A stretch of DNA of 64,000 nucleotides from Balanoglossus misakiensis (Eukaryota > Animalia > Hemichordata), in NCBI GenBank assembly GCA_040954595.2, contig CM082576.2, positions 4,624,760-4,688,759 on the forward strand, read 5' to 3'. A model generated the notes under the pieces. The model did no database searches, had not been told where the DNA came from, and saw only the letters and a list, made by a program, of their open reading frames with translations. Within the stretch, counting starts at the first letter, position 1. Each line of letters begins with the position of its first letter. Position numbers and translations under genes: made by a program. This document shows positions 24,901 through 36,778 of the stretch, piece after piece.

Positions 24901-27900
24901 TGGGAACAAGATGTCAGTGCGACCCACTTGTTCACGAGATGTTTATATGCGTTTATAATGGAAGAAATGAAGGACTGGACAGATGTGTAAACACCGGTAA
25001 AATGAGAATTCCATATCGCACCCTTCATAATGAAATCAAACCCCGTTTTCTGTCAATTCCCCTCAGACATCTTCAGTCCCTGGTACAATAAAGCGGTGGT
25101 CATTGACAACGGCTCCGATGTCCTGAAGATGGGTCTGGCTGGCGACTATATACCGAGTATCACCATGCCAACGCTGGTGGGCAGAAGGAGAGGTTACGAC
25201 CTTTCAGAAAGAGAGCGTCACACATACGTTGGGGATGACGCGCTTGCTAGTCAAGGGGTGTTGGGGTTCGACTTTCCAATCGAAGGTGAGTGTGCAATTC
25301 GGTTAGAAATGTGATGTTAACTCATTATTCTTCGTTGATAAGATTGTTTTGTGTTTTCCACTGTCTTTTGTCATCTCATATTGTCGTTCGTGTTGAGTAT
25401 TCGCCGAACTCCCAGCGTTTTACTTGTTCCAAAGTAGTATTTTTGTGTTGAGCACAGGCATGCAACAATTTAAATGTTTTGCAACTCGTATCATTATTGG
25501 TTAAATACATACATCTCCCTTGTGGTACCTGTTATATTGTTTTATTTGCCCCGTTTCAATAACGTTTCCAGTTCCCGTGTAATCTCCGACTTCTCGTTTC
25601 CAGTTCTGTGCTGTTAGCAAGGTTCGCATACCTTATTTTACCGAGAGAACAGATGCAAGTCTATATGCTTCTAATTTTAAACCTCGTGGTATTTTTATCC
25701 ATTTCCGTTTCCACTCAAAGGAGCAATTGCACCAAACAATTTAAGAATAACAAGGCTGTCTGAAATCGACACCCTCTCTATGGAAACCTATCCCCGAAAT
25801 AATTGTTCCAAGTTGTGAATGTGTGTCGCCAGACCCCTGGCATACGGTGGTAAAGCCGACTCTGCCAATTAAAAACACGCGTTGAAAACACTCTGCCACC
25901 CACCCCAGTTCACTCAAGCCATTAAACATGTGCAGACTGGACTTTGTCGAGCTGAGTTGACAATAAATCCTATGTGCGATACACACGTTTATGTGTAATA
26001 TTGGAATGAGAAAAGTCGAGCGCTCGGCCATTTTGAATAATGGCCGATAAATGAGTGACCGCCATTTTGTTATGACCTGTGGTATAGTTGTCATGCGTAA
26101 TCCCAGCAATCGGCCAAACCACAACGCACCCGTTATCATTCACACCGCATACTAACTCACACATTCAAGACTTTGTATTGAATCTTTTATCGTCTCTCTT
26201 TCTCCATTCACTGCTTTCGAAATTGGTAATTTGCTGTGAGTAACAATTAATCATTTTTACATATCACCTGTGACGAAGCTCTCTATTGGCTCTTGCGGGG
26301 GGAAAGAATGTTGAAATATTTCACGCCTTTTCAGTGGCGATACACGGCCGGTGTTACTATATATTCAAGAATGTCACATTGTCTTATTAGTTCCACACTC
26401 CCCCAAACAACACATTTCCGAATGGCATTATTACGGGTAATATCCAAGAAATAGGTTTGGTCCATCGCCACACAAGTACTTAACCCCAGCAGCAGGGGTG
26501 TTTTTTTTTGGCTTCTAAAATTATTTATGGGGTATCGTTTTTCATGTTTTGAGTCATTTCTGATGGACGCCAACGAAGGGACAAAAATCAGACCATATAT
26601 CACGCAAATTGTGGGTCAAGGGTCATGCTATGATATAATTACTGCTCAGAGCCAGAGGTAGATCTTGATACCGCCTGTACGTATAAGTCTATTGGATAAG
26701 GAACTTTGCCCGGTCGGATAACGTCATGTGAATTTTGAAAATATGTTAACATTTCATATTGTTCAAAGGATCTATAACGACATAAATAATCCCGGACATG
26801 CCCTGAGGTGACCCGTTATTGGCGTGCGCGACAAGGGACGTTATCTCTGACGTGATAAAACAATACTACAGTTCGTGTGACCCAGTCGACACGTAAATAT
26901 TATGTCGATCACATTATCACGCCAAACTCGAGAAAAAGTTTTAGTGATGTTGGTGCATTCTGAGCACTCTGTCGGTAATCTCTATCTGGTGATCGTCTTC
27001 TCGTACCGTCGTCTCACATGTATTTATATTCAAGATTTGTGTAATTTGGGTTTAGAAACATAGAAGCCAGATAATATCAAGATATAGATATTTTGGCTGA
27101 TTTTTCATCCCCTCTTATAGGATTCATCAGGCGACTAGCTAGTGCCTCAAACAGCAGCCTACACGATGTCGTTCATGATGAACGCATAGTGCTATTCACC
27201 TCGGCAACCGGCAGAGAAACGATCCCCGATCTCCGCTCGTTAAATCACATTTTATGCCCCCGTAATAACCCACTTTTTACGAACAGAGCAATGACCGTGG
27301 TTTATTTCTTGTAGGCGGTATCGTCGGTAATTGGAGTGACCTGGAGAGGATATGGGACCACGTATTTACGTACGCACTGGCCTTGTCGCCAGCTGACCAT
27401 CCCGTTCTGATGACAGAAATAGCCACGCCGCCGAGACACCAACGCGAGAAATATTTAGAGGTTTGTGATGTTATTTACGCGCCCTTTTCTTGTTGTGAAA
27501 GGATGTTGTCAGATATTCAAGTTTCTTGATTTTGTAGTTCAGATGGCGATGTAGGAAATGGTGTTATACATGTAAATATCAAAACGACTGACAGTACGCG
27601 AAACTTTCACAGTCGTGGCTATATCATTTAGTCTGTCTATCCAGTCCATTGCTTGAGTGATCATACCACGTTTACAATGAACGAATCCAGCTGTACTTTG
27701 TCCAAAACATTTTCAAGTTTCTAGTTTAGTCTGCATCTCTCACTGTTTGTTATGCAGGTACTGTTTGAGAGATTCCACGTACCGGCTGTGTTTCTGGTCA
27801 ACCAGGCAGTTCTGTCTCTACACGCCAGCGGGTGTACATCAGGCGTGGTTTTGAGCAGTGGCAGCGGTGTCACCGAGATCGTCCCGATCTACGAAGGATT

Positions 27901-30900
27901 TTGCATGAGCCACGCTATATCTGTGGTGAGATATATAATAGTACAGTACTTCCCTATAGCTTTGGCGGTAAAATTATTACACTTTCGTTCAGTTATGTAG
28001 GCCTGTATACATGTATAATGACAGGTCGAGGTAAAATCCACCTGGAGAATCGATTTCCTCCGGGATGGGTCAAGTTCAGTGTCACACGGTCGAATTCCAG
28101 ACACGGAAAAAAGGACCACTTGTCTGAACTCGAAAGAAAGTACATGTGACACCCGCATAAAACGAGGAGATTCCGGTGTTGACTTGTCACAAATTTGAGT
28201 AATGCGCCAGACATTGCCACTGCGGATTGGAGAATCTTTTTACCATCCTGTCCAGGTTACCCAAAACCACAACATGTACTTAAATGTGGCTGTGATTGAC
28301 AGAAGTGGAACACAGCGACCATTACACGTTTCATTACAGTGTTTGTTTCAACAATATTGGTTTGAGGTGATAATTTACTCGTTGTCGCCCTTTAAAGACC
28401 CTCACCGTCGCGACAGCTGTGAAAAAATGTCGCTGTCGTTGCGTCAAATGAGCGTTGAAAGGTCGTGAGCTGCAACTCTTTGAAATCTTTGACCTCAGAA
28501 CATTACCCTTTAACTATATTTCACATATAAAAAATATATTTTTAAAGGAATAGGCTAGGCAAGAAATTAATGTTTTCAATACCTGCATGCATGTCCCTGA
28601 ATGGATATTTGTGACGTCACTACTGTAATGGCGCCTAAGCATGATCTCGCAGAGTTTGATGCGTGATCGATTAATGAATGTTGTTATGATTTCATTTTCA
28701 GTTGGATGTTGCTGGACGCCAAGTGACAGGACAACTTGCCTCGTTGTTGCAGCACAATAAAGGATACAACTTCACCACTTCCTCCGAGTGGGAAATTCTG
28801 AGAATTATGAAAGAAAGGCTCGCTTTCGTTGCTTTAGGTAAAACGGAGATAAATATTATAGTTTTGCTTCCATCTCGATGCATGGATATGCAGCCAATAG
28901 ATACTGGTAATACAAGTTATGTTGGGTTGACAATCAGAATACTGGGCATTTTAGCATGATGAGTAACAAAACGTGTACCAAATTGTAGTTGACAAAATAC
29001 TAAAAAATACCCAACAGTTAGAGCCAATTTCCATTTCAGTAGTAAGTTAGCTCAAATTCAATTGTTGCCAAACATCATAAAATTTCATCGTCGTTTTTTC
29101 CTGTTTTTCAGATGTTGAAGAGGAGAGAAGGCGGTCTCAGATCGTTGAAGCTCACGAGTACAAACTGCCGGATGGTCAAACGATGAGCGTTAGCGACGAG
29201 TTGTTTTTGTGTACGGAATCCATGTTCCAGCCTGACGTAGCTGGAATCACGGACAGCGCCGGAGTTCATTCACTTGTCATGGATTCTTTGCAAAGGTAAA
29301 TGCAACATTTGCTGTGTACAACCAGTTGCTATGGTAATTAACCAAGTCTCGCGAGATCTCGCAATGAGGGGAAAATCATTGGACATGTACATGTATTGCG
29401 GTCTGCCTTGGCTTATCGCATGAAAGGTCAAGTGCGCGGCTGATCATCCCTCTAACCCGTGCCATACCACTCTCTCGCGAAGATATTTACGTCCGAGGCT
29501 GCCGAGTTGATGTCGCTTGGTGATGTGACATCGAGCACCGTGATTGCAAAATACCAACGCCATTGTTTCTGATTAATATTGGCATCGGTATGCATCATTG
29601 TAAATAGTTGGCGAGTAATGACCACTGCATCACCATCACTGTCATCGACTGTCAATTTAATTGTTGTTTGTTTTTGGGTTAAAATTGGAATCGTTTAGTT
29701 TGGCACGGAAGGAGCAATTCATTAATGTCGGGATATATATTGACCCCAAAATAGAAGCGCCATTAATCAATCACAACAATGGATACAGCGAAAAGAAAAT
29801 GTAAGAATAACAACTCCCACCCCGATCGCGGTTGTGGCACTGAGCTTTCTGAAGACGGAGCTCCGGGTCTTGTGTATTTGAGTAATTGTGACACGCGGAC
29901 AGCCTCAGAAGTGATGATCTATACATAGCACACATCCTAAACTCACTGTCAGCTGTCCGTGTGCTTAAAGGGGCACAGCCACTGTCTTTTGACGTGTTGT
30001 GGCTATTTTGTTTCTGGTGTGAAGTTATTTATAGTGTTGTCCTCAGGCCATAGTAATATGATCATGTGTTTGCCGTCCTCGTGGGTCCGAGATTTTATGT
30101 AAGAGCTCGTAAATCACAAAAACTTGTGAAATCTGTCTTTATTTGTAATTTATCGTGCTGTGGATCCAATTACTTTTCCACGCGGCACAATTCAACAAAA
30201 GGAATAAATCTGGCCATTCGTGGGTACCATGGATACAGAAGATCTAGCTGATCTCAGAATTGTATTACTTGGGCCACATACAAAAATACGTCACCTTTAA
30301 TTGGTCACGAGAACAATAGACATCCTCAAATATACATATACACGTGAATTGGATGATGAATGCACACGTCATTCATGAGCGCGTGCATCTGGCGACCATC
30401 GTATTTCAGTCAAAATATTGAGATGGCAGGCAAACGTAGAATTCCACCTCTATGGTCCTGTTGTAACATTCTAAATCGTCAGCTGTCAGACCTGTACGCT
30501 CCCCCTGTGCGTAGATGTAACGTGTAAATACCTCGATGACATAATCTGCGCCGTATATCAGAAGTTATGTCACCAACGTATTCACGCGTGATTCACCATG
30601 TATACCGTTAAGTAGAACCACATAACTTCTGAGAAGAGACAGAAATAGCAGCATTTAAATACTCTCAAAAAGATAGCGACGTGACTGCGTCTGTTTATGG
30701 GAGACCGTTATATTTGAGTGCGTTTGCCGTGTGCTTTCCCCGTGTAATTATGTTGTTCTTCTCACCGTAAAATGTGTGAAATAAATGTGGACAGTTTGTA
30801 TAATCAGTATATTCCAAAGGGATTTAAGTCCGGACCGCAATCAATTGATCAGCAAGTACATTGTATTTGCAAGTCAGACTGACTGGTGGCATTTTACCGC

Positions 30901-32607
30901 ACAGATCTTTTGGCAAACTTGTCCACGTGCATTGCAATTGTATCTCTGCTGACTTGGAGTGCCAGCGTAATCTCAAAGTGTCCGGTGTAACGATTTATGG
31001 AGCGGACTAAGTCTAGCATCGTGCGTACCAGTGCGAGTGTTGGGCTTATCAATATGCATTCTTTTGGAAATAGAACAGACATGTAACATGTGGTCCCTAG
31101 TTAGTCACCGAAACCTGGACCGATGACATGTTCTTGTTCACCAGTCCAAGAGTCACTCTTGCTTTATGCAGAGTATGAAGGCAACAATAATACCAAGGCT
31201 GATAAAGCAATGGTATTCCAAACCCTTGGGAATTTCAGCATTGTTTGGGTGTTCACTCACGGTTCCCGGAAAATGCAGTATAAACAGCATTCTCCGCTGC
31301 ATATCATGCATATACGAGTTCACAAAATCGTGTTTCGTGGTTCACTGCACTTTTGCCTAAAACCCGAGCGTTTGCGTTGACTGGGTGGGGTATTCATACG
31401 CGTGCTAGGTCAGACGCTTTAAAATCAGACCTGAACGCATCTGAGATACCGAAACAGACATCATTTTGATAGTTTGTCCGGGGTCGACCATTTATAGGAC
31501 TATGATTCAGTCAACTTAACTTCAAAGGTATGCCGAGGAAGCAATTTGCAGATAACTTGGTGTTTTGATGGAGACAGCGCACATACCTCCGTTTTCGGCG
31601 ACCCCGATAAAAGGTTAAGAAGGTCAATAAACGAATTAGTATGTGGATGTTTTTTGAACTAGTGGAAAAAAGTGTCTCGGCCATTCAGGACCATAGAGGT
31701 GGTAAATTGCAGCTCAGCAGTATTTCGCGTGGTTTTTGCAGTGAACAGGGGACATGTGAGAGATTAGGTTGTATTTCGTATTACGTTGGTTCAATACAAT
31801 ACAATACAATACAATACAATACAATACAATACAATACAATACAATACAATACAATACAATACAATACAATACAATACAATACAATACAATACAATACAAT
31901 ACAATACAATACAAAACAGTATGATGACAGTAAAATTATTTTCTCTGTCTCGTTTCTCATGTCATGAACGTATCAAAGACCTTGGCCGATATTTGAAAGC
32001 TCATAATTAACCCGTTAGGATCAATTGGCATACCAGAGAATACTTTACATGTAAACCGGTTCTGATCAGTAACTTTCTGGGATGTGTTGTTGTTTCTCTG
32101 CGGCTATCATGTGTGTAGTTAGCCTTGAACCTTCGCTGAACCTTGCATATGACCTTCCTTGGCTCAAGTACATACGTGAAGCATCCCACGATTCAGACTG
32201 ATTGTGATAACTACATAATAATGAGCTCTGATATCAGAAGCGCAGTACAAATATCCAATGTGAATAATAGTTGGTCAAAAACTGTCCCGTCATCACTGAT
32301 TTGTGTGTTATGTTTTCTCCTCCCCCCCTTTTTTCACAGGTGTGACCCGGAAATTCGAGCCATGTTGAAGGACATGCTTCTCTTAGCCGGAGGAAATACA
32401 AAACTGAAGGGCTTTGTGCCGCGGCTGCAGAAAGAACTGGCCGCGTTGAACTTGAACATGTTCGTCAACGCTCCCAGCGAGCGTGACCATTCGACTTGGG
32501 TTGGCGGTTCCATTCTGGCTTCACACAGCAGTTTCATGGACAGATGGGTCACAATGGAAGAGTATGCCGATCAGGGAGCCAGCATTGTACACAGAAAGTG
32601 CTTTTAA
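15969..32607 (+). CDS. Giant actin-like protein (1487 aa): N-terminal hydrophobic anchor, ~1100-aa acidic disordered extension, C-terminal divergent actin domain
   Basis: Exons 15969-17163, 22003-23910, 24145-24384, 25067-25285, 27315-27460, 27758-27925, 28702-28837, 29112-29295, 32340-32607. All have GT-AG boundaries and compatible phases, summing to 4464 nt without an internal stop. Actin motifs: [90 protein letters not shown]. The actin exons are near-certain. Joining of the first three exons is inferred from phase only. Confidence 0.8.
23226..23822 (+). repeat. Four copies of a protein-level (DD)[AV]KSRFL repeat in exon 2 of the actin-like gene
   Basis: [10 protein letters not shown] (~23226), [10 protein letters not shown] (~23427), [10 protein letters not shown] (~23556), [10 protein letters not shown] (~23793). 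Confidence 0.8.
29965..30300. mobile_element. Possible degenerate TTAA-targeting (Kolobok/piggyBac-like) MITE in an intron
   Basis: Bounded by TTAA-AGGGG...CACCT-TTAA, which gives only short inverted ends. No second full copy in the window. Confidence 0.3.
31792..31914. repeat. (CAATA)n pentanucleotide microsatellite, ~24 copies
   Basis: A perfect tandem array in the last intron of the actin-like gene. It produces the spurious IQYNT/YCIVL ORFs. Confidence 0.97.
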
Positions 32608-34387
32608 TTAATTTTTAAAATTTATTTTATTCATTTACCATCGTGTTTGACGGGTATATTCGTTGTATGAAATTCCCTAGACTACATTTTGCGAATTTCA
32701 ATCTCATGTTATGTTTGTTTCACAGAAAACTAAAGGTTTTGATAAAAAAAAAGTTCGGTAAATAGAGCGCACATCAAGACCAAGCTATGTTCATGAAATA
32801 TTAAACACATTTTACTATAATTAGGCAACATTGGGGTTGCTTTTATACGAACGAGAGACACGTATATTTTAAGTTATCTTTTTCAAACACGTGTTTTTGA
32901 CTTTGAACATAGATGGCGCACTATTGGGGATGACGTCGAACATGACGCCCATTTTGCCAAACAATTTACATGTATATCGGCCGAACTTCGCGTCTCCCAA
33001 TACAATTTTCTCGTGAATAGTGTTATAGTGTTTGTCTGTTATCAAACTAGACGTGTACAGGGTAATCTGAGTACGTTCTAGAATCAGAAGGAACTCGTTT
33101 CATTTAAATACTGCCTACCTACAGAAAAACACTAGAATTGTATATATAGAGGTGGAGTGGTATACATCTATGTGGTGGTTTTTATCTGCATTTTAAAAGT
33201 ATTTGTATATAGTGTATAAAAGCAGCAGTTTGTACATACGAATGGGGTTTCAGCTTTAAGCTAGTGTAAGAATGCCAGCTATGGCGTGTAACTTTTAATT
33301 TTTCACCAGCACAACGATTTGTATGTTAAAAATATTGTGTAAGGCGGCGTATTATTAACAATTACGTGTTCTGAAATATGCACTAAAATGACCGAGCATC
33401 AAGAGTGAAAAGTAAGATATTTACAAAACTAGAAAGAGAGAGAGAGAGGGAGCAATATTTTTCTTTTCTATCGATCTGGTATAAATAAGTTGTTTGTTTT
33501 ATTTTTTATATGCTTAATTGGCCACTTGTATTGTGAAGAATGCCCGATATGAACTTTAATCCCCACCCTCCGATTCGGTAGATACACTTTATAAATTTAA
33601 ATCCTCCACGCTGCCATTATAGATTTATGATTATTTCTACGGAGAGAATCACTCATGTTTTTTTGTACAGGGACTGTTATTTAAAGACCACAGTTAATAA
33701 ATGGCGTTACTAGAGATTCCTCCGTATTGGGTTTCTTTCTTTTAGGGACTTTGACGACATCGTTGCCATGACAAGAAATGGCGTCGACTATGACGTCACG
33801 ACTCGCACATAATTTCATCCAAAACAGTTCGTATATAGTCATGATATTTCGAGTGAGCGGTGACATTTTTATCTTTGAGATGCCCACTGCCTAAATTTAA
33901 ACCGCACACATACCAGAAAACCAGTTGGCGTTGAGATGTTTGACACTTGTTACCCCCGACTGAACATAAGTTCACTTTTAACACACATCTCATATCAGAA
34001 ACCTTTAACAGATAAAGGGGGAATCCGGTCAGACCGTTATTTTCCATTAAAGAGGGATTGAAGTGATACGTGGCCCCTTTCCAAAGAGTTATCAGACGTC
34101 CGTTAATCGACGCCAGTAATAAAGAGCCACTAAGTGTCGTGATGGGAAATGTTTATGGTCTGGTATTATTTTCTTATGAAAATTTGATTTGTTCAAACTC
34201 AAAACAGCGTGGCGCGGTTGGTTGACCTTCATCACGTTTAGTGTCTCTTGCCAACAAGGCGTGATCGGAATGACTTCTTACACCTCAAGATCGTGACGTC
34301 AATGCGTTGTGTAGATACTTGGCACCGTTTCAACCTGTGACGTTTATCGGAGCGCAGTGAAGATTGACAAAATATATACAGACGAAG

Positions 34388-35280
34388 ATGGGTAGGGGGC
34401 TTTCTGTGATTGCAAAGAGTATAGGTTGGACGATAGAATTGTGCATGATGTGTGTCCGTTATTATTTACGCAAATCTCTAAATCGAGAAAAGAGAAATAT
34501 ACATCAAAATATAGATCTTCCTATTCTTCCGGGCGAACGCTAATTATTGTATTTAACTCCCAGAAAAGAAAATCACAAATAATCACGGCACTCAAGTTGC
34601 GACTTAATATCGATAAATCAGCATTAATTTCGTTAAAATCAACAGAGAATTCCGAAGTAAGCTATGATGTTGTGATTTTTAATACCATGTATAACCATTA
34701 GGGTTTGCGTGAATACTTCGTGAAATTTGCGCAAACTTGTAGCGAAAACGACTAATCTGTTTTATGAAAGTGTTACGTAAAACGCACAGACCTTGAACAA
34801 TAGTGGTGTATGATAAGTAAGTGTCATTAACATAAATTACCATTAACCACCTGTGTCTTTGAATATTACAGGAGGTTTTTGTATTGTTTTTCTTTGGTTG
34901 ACGTGCGCAATAGAAATGTGGGGTCTGAAAAATCAGCTCTCAAGTTTGTCCGTTGTGTTGAGAGTCATCGTTGCGTTATAGTTTGTGTTCGGCTACGGTG
35001 CGGAGGTGACAAAGTGTACGTAACAATGAAGTTGTAATCCACGTGTGATGTATGCTCGAAGTTGGAGTTCAGCTCGTCCAGGTTTGCCGTGTGTGTCGGA
35101 CTGAATACAGCGCTGTTCTCGGACATGGAGAATGTATGTCGGCTTCAAGCGTGCGTGTCTACCCAAACCACTGTAAGTGAACTTACTTTATTTAATTAAT
35201 TCCTACAGGAAGGACTTCGCACAAGAACGTTGTTGTCCAATATCTGCTGCCCTTGTGCCCTCCTCTTGAAATTAAATAGC
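34388..35280 (+). pseudogene. Possible decayed secreted Cys-rich (follistatin/Kazal-like) gene
   Basis: ATG G|gt at 34388-34393 can splice to ag|GA at 34872, giving signal-peptide-like MGGFCIVFLWLTCAIE. A shifted frame reads CVRLRCGGDKVYVTMKL*STCDVCSKLEFSSSRFAVCVGLNTALFSDMENVCRLQAC, with an in-frame TAA at 35035 and a gtaagt donor at 35173. Confidence 0.25.
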
Positions 35281-35713
35281 TCAGTTCCAACAACAGTCAG
35301 GATTTGTTTTGATTGGTACCTTCCAAGGTTTCGTTCGATAGTTAAATGGAAGTTCATTCATATCATTGGCTTCCTGTTTACATCTCAGCTGAACTGGAAC
35401 TAACCTGCCGTCACGTGCGTCCATTGGCAGATCAGAATAACTTGCAAATTGCGTTGCTAGGTTAATATACTAGCGGCATGTTTGTCTGCTCAAGCTGACT
35501 TTTAGAGACGGGATCATGGTATTTACGTAAAAAACCCTCAAAATCTTACTGTCTTTGGAATAAGAATGGCTCATAATTCTGAGTCGTACACATTTAATGA
35601 CCACCCACTAAAACAGAAAAAGTCTTGTCGCGGTTCGTCTTCCGACCCCATCTTGTAATTATCATCAAAGAGAACAGATTTGTCGAAATGTACGTCGTAC
35701 CCGTTTCAACTAA

Positions 35714-36778
35714 GGGAGCATTCGTTTTTTACAGGGAGGGGGGGGGGCCGGTGGAATTTGAGTCGCCGACTAAATGTAAAAGGCAACCCCCCCTGGAAAT
35801 TACTTTTCTAAAATGTGACCCCCCCCCCCCCCAAAAAAAAAAGTTTATCCACCGGATTAAACTTATCAAACTTTGTCAGATATTGGTGTATGTTCGACAT
35901 ACCACATAATCAACCATGAAACCTAGTTCCTTGATTTCCAAGTAGTGCATTGTCTGCCTGATCTTGTTACGTGAAAGAGTTCATTTTCAGTGTCGCCGCT
36001 ATCACTTTCTGAGTCACTTTCCGCTGAATCACCTAGTTCACCTATCACTACATGTTCATCTTCTGGTTCACTGTTCTCATCCAAGTCATCCTCTTCATCC
36101 TCCTGCTCATCCTCCTCTTTGTCCCTCTCATGGTTTACTCTGAGACTTTCCAGAGTTGTTTGACACAGTTTCCGGCCAATGTGCGCTTCAACTATTTTCA
36201 GTTTGTCTTTTTTCAGCATCTTTTTCTCTGTTGTCAATTTATGTCTGTTCATGTACATGTCTACTGAACATTGTTTTTATTTTTTAAGTATTTGTATTCT
36301 GTGTTGGGAGACATTGTAAACCGAGAATTGAAGGGGGTGGGTTTGGGAGGGGGTGTCCCCCTCCCACGACGTAAGAAAATTTTATAAAATACAGAGCTGA
36401 AAGCTGCATTTTAATGAACCCAGCAAAAGCAAATTAACGTCGCCGCTCAAAGTTATCATGGGGTGGTGGCAAGTCCCCTGACCTGGTACACTAGATAAAC
36501 CAGTCAATGGTTGAAAGGTGTTGATGAATGGAGGGGGTGGGTGTGGGAGGGGGTGTCCCCCTCCCACGTAAGAAAATTTTGTAAAATAAAGGACGCGAAA
36601 CTGCATTTTTGTGGACTCAAAATAAATATTTAGCCGTCAAAGTTTTCAAGTCCCCCCTTTCAGTCCCTATAATCCCTTGATTATAAAATTTGTCCCCCCC
36701 TAAAAACTGCTTTGTAAAAGTAAACCCCCCCCCTGATTTCCACCGGCCCCCCCCTCCCTGTAAAAAACGAATGCTCCC
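35714..36778. mobile_element. Non-autonomous PIF/Harbinger-type DNA transposon (~1065 bp)
   Basis: ~43-bp terminal inverted repeats GGGAGCATTCGTTTTTTACAGGGAG(n)CCGGTGGAA at both ends, differing only in G-run length. Flanked by a TAA target-site duplication (35711-35713 and 36779-36781). A 3-bp TWA TSD with GGG-starting TIRs is characteristic of PIF/Harbinger. No transposase is present. Confidence 0.85.
36333..36582. repeat. Two direct copies of a G-rich ~50-bp unit inside the transposon
   Basis: ggggtggg(t/g)tgggagggggtgtccccctcccacg..taagaaaatttt at ~36333 and ~36534. Confidence 0.8.

Noticed and set aside
25690-26330. Intronic segment with a 132-aa minus-strand ORF, possibly a repeat remnant
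   Set aside because: No terminal repeats, TSD or transposon protein motifs could be identified.
31641-32010. ORFs with IQYNT / YCIVL repeats; superficially array-like
   Set aside because: Translation of a (CAATA)n microsatellite. There are no spacers, so it is neither CRISPR nor coding.
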